DNA of 51,518 nt from Candidatus Micrarchaeota archaeon (GTDB lineage Archaea; Micrarchaeota; Micrarchaeia; Micrarchaeales; CABMGC01), in the NCBI GenBank assembly GCA_021789155.1, contig JAJYJW010000003.1, positions 1 to 51,518 of the forward strand, written 5' to 3'. This document shows, in pieces, positions 36,889 through 46,100 of this stretch (its first letter is position 1; each line of letters opens with the position of its first letter). The notes below the pieces were generated by a model that ran no database searches, was not told the DNA's origin, and saw only the letters and a list, made by a program, of their open reading frames with translations. The position numbers were made by a program, and so were the translations under genes.

Positions 36889-39081
36889 TTAATCCAAGAA
36901 CTGCTCAGGCTTAGGAACTTCAGGAGGTATGCCCTTCCTTGTCCTTATGTCCCTTACTACCTTGTCTTGCAACTCCTTTGGCAACTTTTCAAAGCCAGCA
37001 TATTCTGGATACCATATTGCACGGCCCTTCGTTGCGCTTCTTATATCATTAGAGAATCCCTTTATGACTTCTGCCACAGGCATCTTCGCGATTATGGTTA
37101 CGCTCTCCCTTTCCTGCTGCACGTCGATTATCTGACCGCGCTTGCCCTGCAGCAAACTTATCACATCAGACATGTATTCCTGCGGTATCGACACTGTGAA
37201 CTTCTGCTTGGGCTCGAGAAGGTTGACTCCCGCTGCAAGCATACCTGCGTATATCGGCCTTCGCATTGCAGGAACTACCTGTGCAGGACCTCTGTGAACA
37301 GGATCTTCGTGTATCGTAGCGTCGATTATCGACACCTTTATGCCTTGGCACTTCTCCCTTGCAAGAGGCCCATCCCCTATTGCCTGTATGAACCCATCTA
37401 CCAGAAGCTCCATGACCTCGTTGAGATACTGAACTCCATGGGTTGCATCTATCAGCATGCTTGAATTGTATATGTATTCGAGACCCTTCGCCTGCTCTCT
37501 TGCCATTCCTGCCTTGACCAGATCTTCTACATACGCTTTGCCCTTTGGCTTTCCTTCCTTGAGGACTTCGTTGTCTATCAATTCAACGACTCCCTGCTCA
37601 AGCGGCTCGACGTTAATGTAGAATCTGTTGTGCTTGTTTGGCGACTTTCCTTCTATGTTCATCGCGCTCTTTTCAATCGTTTCCCTGTATACGACTATGG
37701 GCTCGCTCGTCTGGATAGGTATTCCGTATTCGTCCTTGAGCTTCGTTTCTATGACTTCGAGATGAAGCTCTCCCATTCCGCTGACGAGGTGCTCTCCGGT
37801 TTCCTGGTTTATCGCAACCTCTATTGTCTGGTCCTCTTTGGAAAGCTCCCTCAATGCGGTTACCAGCTTCATCGTGTCCCTTGGATCCTTTGTCTCTACT
37901 GCTTTCGTGACCACCGGCTTGGAATAGTGCTTTATCCTTTCGAAAGGCTCTATTGTTCCTTCGCTTACCGTGTCTCCTATGGATATGTCCTTAAGACCTA
38001 CAAGCGCGACTATGTTTCCCGCAGGTACTGAATCGATTATTACTCGTTCAGGACCCATGTAAAGTCCTACCTGCTGCACGCGTTGCGGCTCAGCCCTTCC
38101 GGATATGTTGAGTATAGTTCCCTTCTTCACCGTTCCCGAAAATACCCTTCCTATCGCAACTTCTCCGCTGTGCTGGTCATTGGTTATTCCGAATACAACT
38201 GCGTTTGCCTGTGCTGTCGGATTTACCTCGATCATCGCCTTTCCATCAGCGCTTGCCAAATCACCGTGCCACAAGTGAGGTATACGGTATGATTGGGCTT
38301 GCCTTGGATTTGGAAGGTGTTCTATGATCATTGACAATGTTGCTTCGTCTATCGGGGACATTTCCTGAAGCTTCTGCTCGTCTCCTGCAGCAGTCAGTGC
38401 GAAGATGTCCTTGAACGTTACCTTGTACCTGTCCATTATCCTCTTCGAGATTGCCCACTTCTTGTAAGCTGAACCTATGCAAACGCTTCCGTCTTCTACT
38501 GACACGTGCCATTTCCCCGCGAATTCCTCAGGCACATATGAATCGATCAGCTTGTTTACGCTGTTTATCAATATCAGCAATCTCTCGAACGTCTGCTCTG
38601 GAGTCAATCTTAATTCGTTGAGAAGTCTGTCCACCTTGTTGACGAAAAGAACCGGCTTCGCTTTCTCCTTGAGCGCTTGCCTCAATACAGTTTCTGTCTG
38701 GGGCATGATTCCTTCTACCGGATCAACAACCAGAACCACCCCGTCTACCGCACGCATTGACCTGGTTACGTGGCCTCCGAAGTCTACGTGACCTGGCGTG
38801 TCGATTAGGTTAATTATGAAATCGTGTTCATTGTACTGAAAAGCGAGAGATATGTTTGCGGATTTTATGGTCATTTTCCTGTCTTTCTCTATCTTTTCGT
38901 AGTTCGTCCACAGCGCTTCTGCTGCAGAGCTCTTCGAAATAATTCCCGCTTTCGCGAGCAACGAGTCAGTGAGAGTAGTCTTTCCGTGGTGGACGTGCGC
39001 TATGATCGCAACGTTCCTTACTCTTTCTATGTCGTTCATTATTCTTGCAACTTCTTCTGCTACGAATTCTTTTCTGACCAT
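36889..39081 (-). CDS. fusA: Translation elongation factor 2 (aEF-2)
   Basis: AHVHHGKTT, DTPGHVDF, NKVD, GMGELHLE, SPNKHN, diphthamide loop HEDPVHRGPAQ. Confidence 0.97.
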   Translation of the reverse strand: MVRKEFVAEEVARIMNDIERVRNVAIIAHVHHGKTTLTDSLLAKAGIISKSSAAEALWTNYEKIEKDRKMTIKSANISLAFQYNEHDFIINLIDTPGHVDFGGHVTRSMRAVDGVVLVVDPVEGIMPQTETVLRQALKEKAKPVLFVNKVDRLLNELRLTPEQTFERLLILINSVNKLIDSYVPEEFAGKWHVSVEDGSVCIGSAYKKWAISKRIMDRYKVTFKDIFALTAAGDEQKLQEMSPIDEATLSMIIEHLPNPRQAQSYRIPHLWHGDLASADGKAMIEVNPTAQANAVVFGITNDQHSGEVAIGRVFSGTVKKGTILNISGRAEPQRVQQVGLYMGPERVIIDSVPAGNIVALVGLKDISIGDTVSEGTIEPFERIKHYSKPVVTKAVETKDPRDTMKLVTALRELSKEDQTIEVAINQETGEHLVSGMGELHLEVIETKLKDEYGIPIQTSEPIVVYRETIEKSAMNIEGKSPNKHNRFYINVEPLEQGVVELIDNEVLKEGKPKGKAYVEDLVKAGMAREQAKGLEYIYNSSMLIDATHGVQYLNEVMELLVDGFIQAIGDGPLAREKCQGIKVSIIDATIHEDPVHRGPAQVVPAMRRPIYAGMLAAGVNLLEPKQKFTVSIPQEYMSDVISLLQGKRGQIIDVQQERESVTIIAKMPVAEVIKGFSNDIRSATKGRAIWYPEYAGFEKLPKELQDKVVRDIRTRKGIPPEVPKPEQFLD

Positions 39082-39093
39082 AAAACAACCTTA

Positions 39094-39882
39094 TTATCTT
39101 GCGCTTCTTGCCATACGCTCTGATTCAATGCGCTTCTTTATCACATAGCTGTTGGCATCGTTCTTAGCTGCAAGCATTATCTCGTTGGCTAGTGCATCAG
39201 CAAGAGACTTTCTGCTCTTGAAAGCACCGGTTATTGCAGCCAATGCGAGATTCTTCAGCGCTATGTTCAAGCGCCTTACGGAGCTCAGGTCTACTGCGAC
39301 GTTGTAAGCTATACCTCCGTATCTTACCCTTGTGGTGTCTTCTATAGGTGCGGCAAATTCCAGGGCGTCTACGAATACCTGTATTGGATTCTGCTCGGTT
39401 TGCTTATTTACTATTTCGAATGCTTTCTCTACCACTTTCATGATCTTGAGCTTCTTTCCCTGAAGCCTTCCTTCTGTTCTTATTACCTTACCTCCTATCT
39501 TCCTTCCCGTTCCTCCTCTCATCAGCTTGCTCATGAACCTTTCTATTATGTTTGTTGTCTCGTAGAAGTTAACCTTGTTCCTCCTTCCGAAGTTCATGGG
39601 ATAGCTCTTAGGGCTAAGGTTTATGTATGCTGCGAGGCTTTCGTCTTCTACGTTGACCTCGCTATAAGGATATTTGCCGAATAATGCAGCACCTGAATTT
39701 GATGCCTGCCTTGCTTCCTTCTTCGCCTTAGCCTGCTTCTTTTCCTTTGCCGGCTCTGCCTGCGCTTCCGTATTCTCTGCAGCATTCTGCTTCGTATCTT
39801 CAGCCTGCGCTTCTTGTATCTGCTTCTTTGCAGCGCGCTTTGGCTTCTTTTCCTGAGAATTCATAGATTCGTTCTCTGCCAT
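39094..39882 (-). CDS. rps7: 30S ribosomal protein S7 (uS7) with a low-complexity N-terminal extension
   Basis: GKKLK, NPIQVFV.A...AAPIEDTTRV.YGG, AVD.S..RR, ERMARSAR. Confidence 0.96.
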   Translation of the reverse strand: MAENESMNSQEKKPKRAAKKQIQEAQAEDTKQNAAENTEAQAEPAKEKKQAKAKKEARQASNSGAALFGKYPYSEVNVEDESLAAYINLSPKSYPMNFGRRNKVNFYETTNIIERFMSKLMRGGTGRKIGGKVIRTEGRLQGKKLKIMKVVEKAFEIVNKQTEQNPIQVFVDALEFAAPIEDTTRVRYGGIAYNVAVDLSSVRRLNIALKNLALAAITGAFKSRKSLADALANEIMLAAKNDANSYVIKKRIESERMARSAR

Positions 39883-39893
39883 TTTAATCACGA

Positions 39894-40322
39894 TTATCTC
39901 TTTGGTTTCTCCTTCTTGCCCTTTATTATCTGATAAAGGTCAGCTCCGTTTATCGCTATAACTCTGTAACGCATTCCTGGAATGCAACCCATCTGACCAC
40001 GCTGCGAACCGCCAAGTCCCTGCACGGTAACTTCGTCGTGCTCATCGATGAATCCAATAGAACCATCGCCAGGCACGAATGCTCCCACTACCTTGCCGTT
40101 CTTTATCAACTGTACTCTTACGCACTTTATCTGACCTGAGTGTGGCTGCTTCTGCTGGACCGCGAATTTAGATAGGACTATCGCCTTTGCCATAGGTACT
40201 GTTCCCACAGGGTCGAACTTCTGCTTCAACTTGAAGAACTTCCTCTTCCATGATTTCTTCAGCATACGCTGAAGCCTTCTTTTCTTTTTCAATTCTTTTG
40301 CAGCAAATTCTCCCTTAGGCAA
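39894..40322 (-). CDS. rps12: 30S ribosomal protein S12 (uS12 / S23e type) with divergent motifs
   Basis: KCVRVQLIKNGK...AFVPGDG..FIDEHDEV, GKKEKP; canonical position before rps7. TTG start. Confidence 0.95.
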   Translation of the reverse strand: MPKGEFAAKELKKKRRLQRMLKKSWKRKFFKLKQKFDPVGTVPMAKAIVLSKFAVQQKQPHSGQIKCVRVQLIKNGKVVGAFVPGDGSIGFIDEHDEVTVQGLGGSQRGQMGCIPGMRYRVIAINGADLYQIIKGKKEKPKR

Positions 40323-40353
40323 TAAAACACACTCATTTGAAATTTTTTAAATA

Positions 40354-40653
40354 TCACTGTCCTTCTTCGAGGATACTCGAGTTACCTGCATCTATTACTG
40401 CTACAGCATTCATAGAATAAGGCTTTCCGCACAACGTGCCGAGTTCCAATGAACCGTTATCGAACTTCGCAACCTTTATGCCTGCGACACTGCACGCGTG
40501 AATTATATCGAGAACCGCTTCCTTCTTGCCGTTCTCCGCCACAACCACGAGCTTTGCGCTGTTGTCGCTTATGGCGCGCATTACTTCATTAGTACCAAGG
40601 GCTACTTTGCCCGTATCTACAGCAAGCCTGAGATGCTTAGCCAAATCACTCAT
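40354..40653 (-). CDS. rpl30e: 50S ribosomal protein L30e
   Basis: LRLAVDTGKVALG, ELGTLCGKPY, IDAGNSSIL. Confidence 0.95.
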   Translation of the reverse strand: MSDLAKHLRLAVDTGKVALGTNEVMRAISDNSAKLVVVAENGKKEAVLDIIHACSVAGIKVAKFDNGSLELGTLCGKPYSMNAVAVIDAGNSSILEEGQ

Positions 40654-40842
40654 GTCAACAACTTTATTGAATATAAAAGACGCCTTACAGTCAGTAAACA
40701 GAATAGGACTGAAAAATGCGCTTTCTGCGATACAATTATTCTCATAAAGGTATATAAAGCTTACAGAATATCTGCATTTGATAGATATCCTACTCAGCTA
40801 TAATCTGCTTTTTTCCTGCTTCCTACGCTTTATGCTTAAACA

Positions 40843-42030
40843 TCAGTTTCTTGCGTTGGATTTGAGGCCTTCGCGCAACTCCGATATTGAATCGTTGAAT
40901 AGGTAAACAAGCTCGGGTGTAGCTGAATAGAGGTCTGCCACGGCATCAATCTTATTTATGATGTTGAATTCGGTATCGATATTGTACTCGTCTTTCGTTT
41001 CCCTAAGCATAATCATGAACATTACGCTAGGCACATAAGTATATGGAGCAATCTTCTTCCATATTTCTGCAGAAAACTCCTTATCCTGCCATATTGTATC
41101 TATTTTGTCAGTTGGAATTTGATTCTGATTGCCAAATAACTTATCATACTTGCCGTACTTCTTTATCTCTATGGCGAGTTTCTCTCTGACGTCACTCAGT
41201 GTTATCGGATAAGATTCTATTATCCTTGCCATAATCTCTGTCAATTCAATAACCTCTTCCGTATTTTCAGATGATATATACGCTGGGTTGACGTTCCTCA
41301 AAACTATCCTTGAATCGAGTATTTTACTTGATATTGCCTCTACGAGCAGGTCCTCGAATAATTTTGCGGTGCCTTCCCTTACATTTAAGTCAGGCGCGAA
41401 AAATCCTGCAACTGAAGAGTAGAACCTAAAGAACTTATTGAACTGGTCTGCGTGCACGAATTCATGTGCTATCGTGCCTATGAACGTAATTATGAAAGCG
41501 TTCTTGCATTCCTCCAAAGCTTCATTCGCGTTCATGCCGGTTACATTGAGGATGTATTCCGTAGAAAAGTTTTCTGGGATTACAGATATGTCCTCGCTAG
41601 TACTCCCTACCTCCTGATTGTAGTATGCGAGGGTTATATCCCTAAATATGTCTTTTTTGTCGTTTTGAACTTCAGCTGCAGCTTCAGGCGTTTTAATGCT
41701 TATGCTTAAGTCCCTAAGCAAAGCCATGCCTATACCCTCCATGTGGTCGCGTATGATCGTAACCGCACTTTTCATAGCCTGCTCAAACTTGTCGTTTTCG
41801 CGTTTTGAATCGAAGTTAACATGTGCGTTCGCAGTGCTTTCCTCTATTGAAACGCTTGCGAATACGTATTTATCCAAAGCCCGTTTGCATTCATCGAATA
41901 AAGAAACTGCTTCTTCATTGCTTATGAATTCGAACATTCTGTTTACATTCTTGAAAAGCCCATCATTATCTGCGGAAAGCATGTCGTTGCTCAGCGTGTC
42001 TCTCCTTTCAAGAATCTTCTCCCAGGCCAT
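40843..42030 (-). CDS. Hypothetical protein with a zincin-like HExxH...EG motif
   Basis: TIAHEFVHADQ followed about 20 aa later by REGTA. Acidic, with no signal peptide. Confidence 0.65.
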   Translation of the reverse strand: MAWEKILERRDTLSNDMLSADNDGLFKNVNRMFEFISNEEAVSLFDECKRALDKYVFASVSIEESTANAHVNFDSKRENDKFEQAMKSAVTIIRDHMEGIGMALLRDLSISIKTPEAAAEVQNDKKDIFRDITLAYYNQEVGSTSEDISVIPENFSTEYILNVTGMNANEALEECKNAFIITFIGTIAHEFVHADQFNKFFRFYSSVAGFFAPDLNVREGTAKLFEDLLVEAISSKILDSRIVLRNVNPAYISSENTEEVIELTEIMARIIESYPITLSDVREKLAIEIKKYGKYDKLFGNQNQIPTDKIDTIWQDKEFSAEIWKKIAPYTYVPSVMFMIMLRETKDEYNIDTEFNIINKIDAVADLYSATPELVYLFNDSISELREGLKSNARN

Positions 42031-42138
42031 GAGTATAATGACGCAAAAGTTAGCTATATTCAGTGCTTTGTCAACGTTTACGCATGCTTAACGAAAATCA
42101 AACCAAAAGCCACGTATATCGCTTGCGTTAAAACCTAA

Positions 42139-43173
42139 TCAGTTAGTTATTGTCTGGTTGCAACCTGCAGGCGTTGCTAGCTGTCCGCTGAGAAGCAGCT
42201 TGACGTAGCCTACAAGGGGTATATCGGCTATCACGTATCCTACCACCCTGCTGCTCGGTATTGGCGTATTTCCGAACTGCAGATCAAGCGATGGATTGTT
42301 GTTGCCTTTAGTTAGCAGATACATCCCGGAGCTCGTGTTTACTGCTGCATATACTCTATGTATTATGTCTCCGCTGAACGTGTCGTTCTTTGAAGTTGAA
42401 TAGACTACAATTGGGAGGGTGTTGCTTCGATAAACTGTTGAATTGCCAACGCTTATGCTATTCGTCTGTATTATCAGCGCATTCCTGCCGTCAACTGAAA
42501 CGTTGCCTATAGAATAGGAATATTTTATCGGATTGCTTTCGGGATTAGGTCCCACGAAGCATCTGTAATATGAAGAAACGTCTTGCTGATAACTGTAGAC
42601 CGAAAGGCATTTCGAATCGTACAATCCCACGTTTAGGTTAGACGTATTATTCACTATGTTGCTTATTGCGGATTTGCTGTGCTGATACCAAAAATATACG
42701 AGATGCTCGGTTCCGGATTGAGATAGCTTCGAGAAGTTGCTTGCGGAGACGTTGAGAATTGGTATATCATGCTGTGCTATGAACTGGGACTCGTTTCCTA
42801 TGCCGTGAAGTATTACCAAATCGCCCCTATGCAAATAAGGAAGCATGCTGCAGCTCGCAACCGCATTTATCGGAGAGCTCGTTCCCAGAATAAACGACAA
42901 TGCGATCCATATCGCTATCGCGTATATTGCAGCATGCATGAAATCCGAGGCTGCGCCCTTCATTCCGCTTGTACCTATGTTCTGCTTTATCTCTGCTATG
43001 AAAACGAGCACTATGCTCAGGAATGCGAATACGCCCAGAAGGATGTTGCTCGTATATGCATATCCCAATATTGAGACTATCAGAAGAGAATATGCTATGT
43101 ACAATAGCGCAGTGTCTGCCTTCTTTGAGCTCTTTGAAGGAAACAAATTGCTCTTCTTCCTTTTCAAGCGCAT
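42139..43173 (-). CDS. Archaeal/ER-type signal peptidase I (S26) with a large insertion
   Basis: Three N-terminal TMs, AVASCSMLP.L.RGDLV, IIHRV, TKGNNN..LD, VVGYV...IPLVGYVKL. ATG 43173 or GTG 43182. Confidence 0.85.
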   Translation of the reverse strand: MRLKRKKSNLFPSKSSKKADTALLYIAYSLLIVSILGYAYTSNILLGVFAFLSIVLVFIAEIKQNIGTSGMKGAASDFMHAAIYAIAIWIALSFILGTSSPINAVASCSMLPYLHRGDLVILHGIGNESQFIAQHDIPILNVSASNFSKLSQSGTEHLVYFWYQHSKSAISNIVNNTSNLNVGLYDSKCLSVYSYQQDVSSYYRCFVGPNPESNPIKYSYSIGNVSVDGRNALIIQTNSISVGNSTVYRSNTLPIVVYSTSKNDTFSGDIIHRVYAAVNTSSGMYLLTKGNNNPSLDLQFGNTPIPSSRVVGYVIADIPLVGYVKLLLSGQLATPAGCNQTITN

Positions 43174-43182
43174 TTTTTGCAC

Positions 43183-46100
43183 CTAACCCTTGTTAGCGGT
43201 TGCGGCTTTTGCCAGCATCGCCCTAATGTCAAGGCCTATCGCCTTCGATTCGTTCTCGCTCTTCGTAACTCCTATGGCTGCATCAGCATTCATTATCAAT
43301 GAATCGTTGTGGCTGACAACGACGAACTGCGAATTCGCGCTCAGTTCCTTTATGAGCTTCGACAGCTTCTTCGAATTCTCCTTATCGAGTGCGGTATCCA
43401 CTTCGTCGAATATGTAAAGCGAGGAAGGCTTGTAAGAATGAATGGCGAACAGCAACATCAGAAGAACCAGCGAACGTTCCCCTCCAGACATTGAAGATTC
43501 GCGCTTCGATGTCTTCCCTTCGGTTATCTTTATGAATAGTCCGCTATTGAACGGTTCTTTCGGATTCTCCAGTTCTATCTGCGCCTTGCCCGGGAATATG
43601 TAGTTGAATAGTTTTGAGAAGTTCTTGTTGACCGCATCGAAAGTGTTGACGAATATGTTGAGCTTCTTCGAGTCTATCTCGTCTATCATGTGCATTACTG
43701 AATCGCGCTCAGCTTCTATTGTATTCAATCTGCCCTGTATCTCATCAAGCTCTTTCTTCCTTATCTCATAAGCTTCTGGTGCTTTCAGGTTGACGTTGCT
43801 CATTTCATTCAAAAGCATAGATGTGGCGCTTGCGTCAGCCTCGAGTTTCTCCACGCTTTCCTCAATAATAGCATAAGTTGTCTGATAGCTAGCAAGCTCC
43901 GCCTTAAGGTCTGATATCCTCACTTCCAACTGCGAGGATTTCAGTTTTGAATCGTTTATGTTCCTGTCAAAAGTTTCGAGCTTTGCAGAGATGCTGCCCC
44001 TTTGGGTCGACATCGCGTTGATTTCGGTGTCTATCGCCTGAAGCCTTTCGTACGCCTTCTTGCCCACGCTGCTTGCCGCGCTAGCTTTCTCTTCCAACTC
44101 TGCCTTGCCTTTCGACAGAATGGTGTATTTCGCGTCGAGTTCCCTTGCCGAAAATTCCTGCTCTTCCATTTCCTTTTCCATTGAGGAAATTGAGGTTTCC
44201 GTTTGCTTCTTCTTCGCTTCCAGCATAGAACCGCGAGTCGAAAGTTCTACCCCGTGCATTTTGAGTTCCTCAAGCTCCTTCGCGAGCTGCTTGCCCTGGG
44301 AATCGGTGGCTGCGGTTTTAGCTGAATTTATGTATGCGTTGTAAAGCGACGACTGCTCTTCCTTGAGTGCGTTGTATTCGCGCATATTAGACGATAAAGT
44401 AGATTTGGCTTGTTCCTCCGCAGAAGCTATGGTGCTTAACTTCGATTTCGAGGATTCGACGTTCTTCAGCGATGTTTGGACAAGAGATTCTGCTTCTTCA
44501 AGCTCCTTTGCCAGCATTTCCAGCTTTACGCTTACCGAATTATGCTCGAGTTCTATCCTTGCCTTGTCCGTGCGCTGCCTTTCTACAAGAGAATCGCCTT
44601 CAGACAGTTTCGATATCAGTTCTTCCTTCCTTGCATTAAGCTCCTTTATGCTATTGTCAAGCGATGAAAGAGACACGCGCCTTTTCTGATTGCCTCCGGA
44701 GACGACTCCGGATGACTCTACAAGATCGCCTTCCTTGGTTACGTACCTGCGCTGCCCTATTCCAAGTTTCTTGGCATCTTCTATCCTGCTTATGAGATAC
44801 GTGCCGCCGAATACGTATTCGAACACCTTAGAGTATTTGGGATCGAAGCTCACCAGATCAAGAACAGGTATCGCGCCGCCTACACTCTGCTTTTCATGGG
44901 CTTTGACGTTAAGTTCTGATATAGGTATGAAAGTTGCCCTGCCCAGGGAATTCTGCTTCAGAAACTCGATTATCTTCGATGCAGTTCCGATGTTGTTTAC
45001 AACAAGGTAATCCATTCGGGCTGATGCCGCGGAATCAATGGCCTGCGAATATTCTGCCGGATATGTCACTATGTCCGAAACCTTTCCATAGAATCCATCT
45101 TTCTCGGTGAACGCGTTTCTTATGTTATCCAAATATGAAGATTCACGACCGTGGTACATCGCGCGCTGCTCCCTGACGGATATGAGCTTTGTGTCAATAG
45201 AATCTATTTCCTTCCTTATTCCGGTAGCATTATCGTCCTTCCTGTTCAGCAAGGACATGCTCTTGCTCAGCTCCACCTTCAATGATGAAAGCTGCTTGTT
45301 AAGCTCGTTGTGCTCTTTCTTAAGAATCGCGAGTTTGTCTCTTGCATTTTCATACTTGCTCTGTTCAGTAGTTATGTAATTGTCGGTTGAAATATTGTCT
45401 GCATTAAGTATGGCGATTTTTGAGTTCAATGCCGCGATTACTTTATCGAGTTCGCGCAATCTTGAATCAATGCTTTCCATGCGCTCCTTTCCAGAATCTG
45501 CGTTGTTGTTGGATATGCCGAGCATTGGCTCAAGCTCCTTCGTGCGTTTCCTGATGCCAGCCATTTCCGAATTTATCGAATCGATTTCAACAGAGCATGC
45601 CTTGAGCTCGTCTTTCGATGTCACTATCTGCTTCTTTCTCTCTGAAAGCAGGGATTTGGTTGAATCGAGTTGCGCGTTGACTTTCGCAATATCAGTGTTT
45701 AGCATTTCGAGCTTCTTCGCGTCTGCTCCAGCTGAAAGGGTGCTTTCGCTGAGCTCTTTGGTTATTGACTGGCGTTCCTGAGTAAGCGCATCTAGAGATG
45801 AGTTCAACTCAGACAGTTCCTTCGCGAGTTCTGCCCTTGACGCATCAAGCTTCGCGAGTTCCTGCATTATGGAATTGTAGGAAACGCTTGCATCTTTTTC
45901 CCTTTTTGCGAGAACGTTGTAGCGCAGTAAAGCAAGCTTCTCCTTGAGCGCAAGATACTTCTCTGCGGCGCTCTTCTCCTTCTCGAGCTCTGCGAGAAAT
46001 CCTGATCTTTCTCCCATAATAAGTTTTGCCTCGCTGAGCCTAATTTCCACCTTGCCCAGTTCCTTCAGCGCTTCGTTCTTCTTCTCATCGAATTCCTTTA

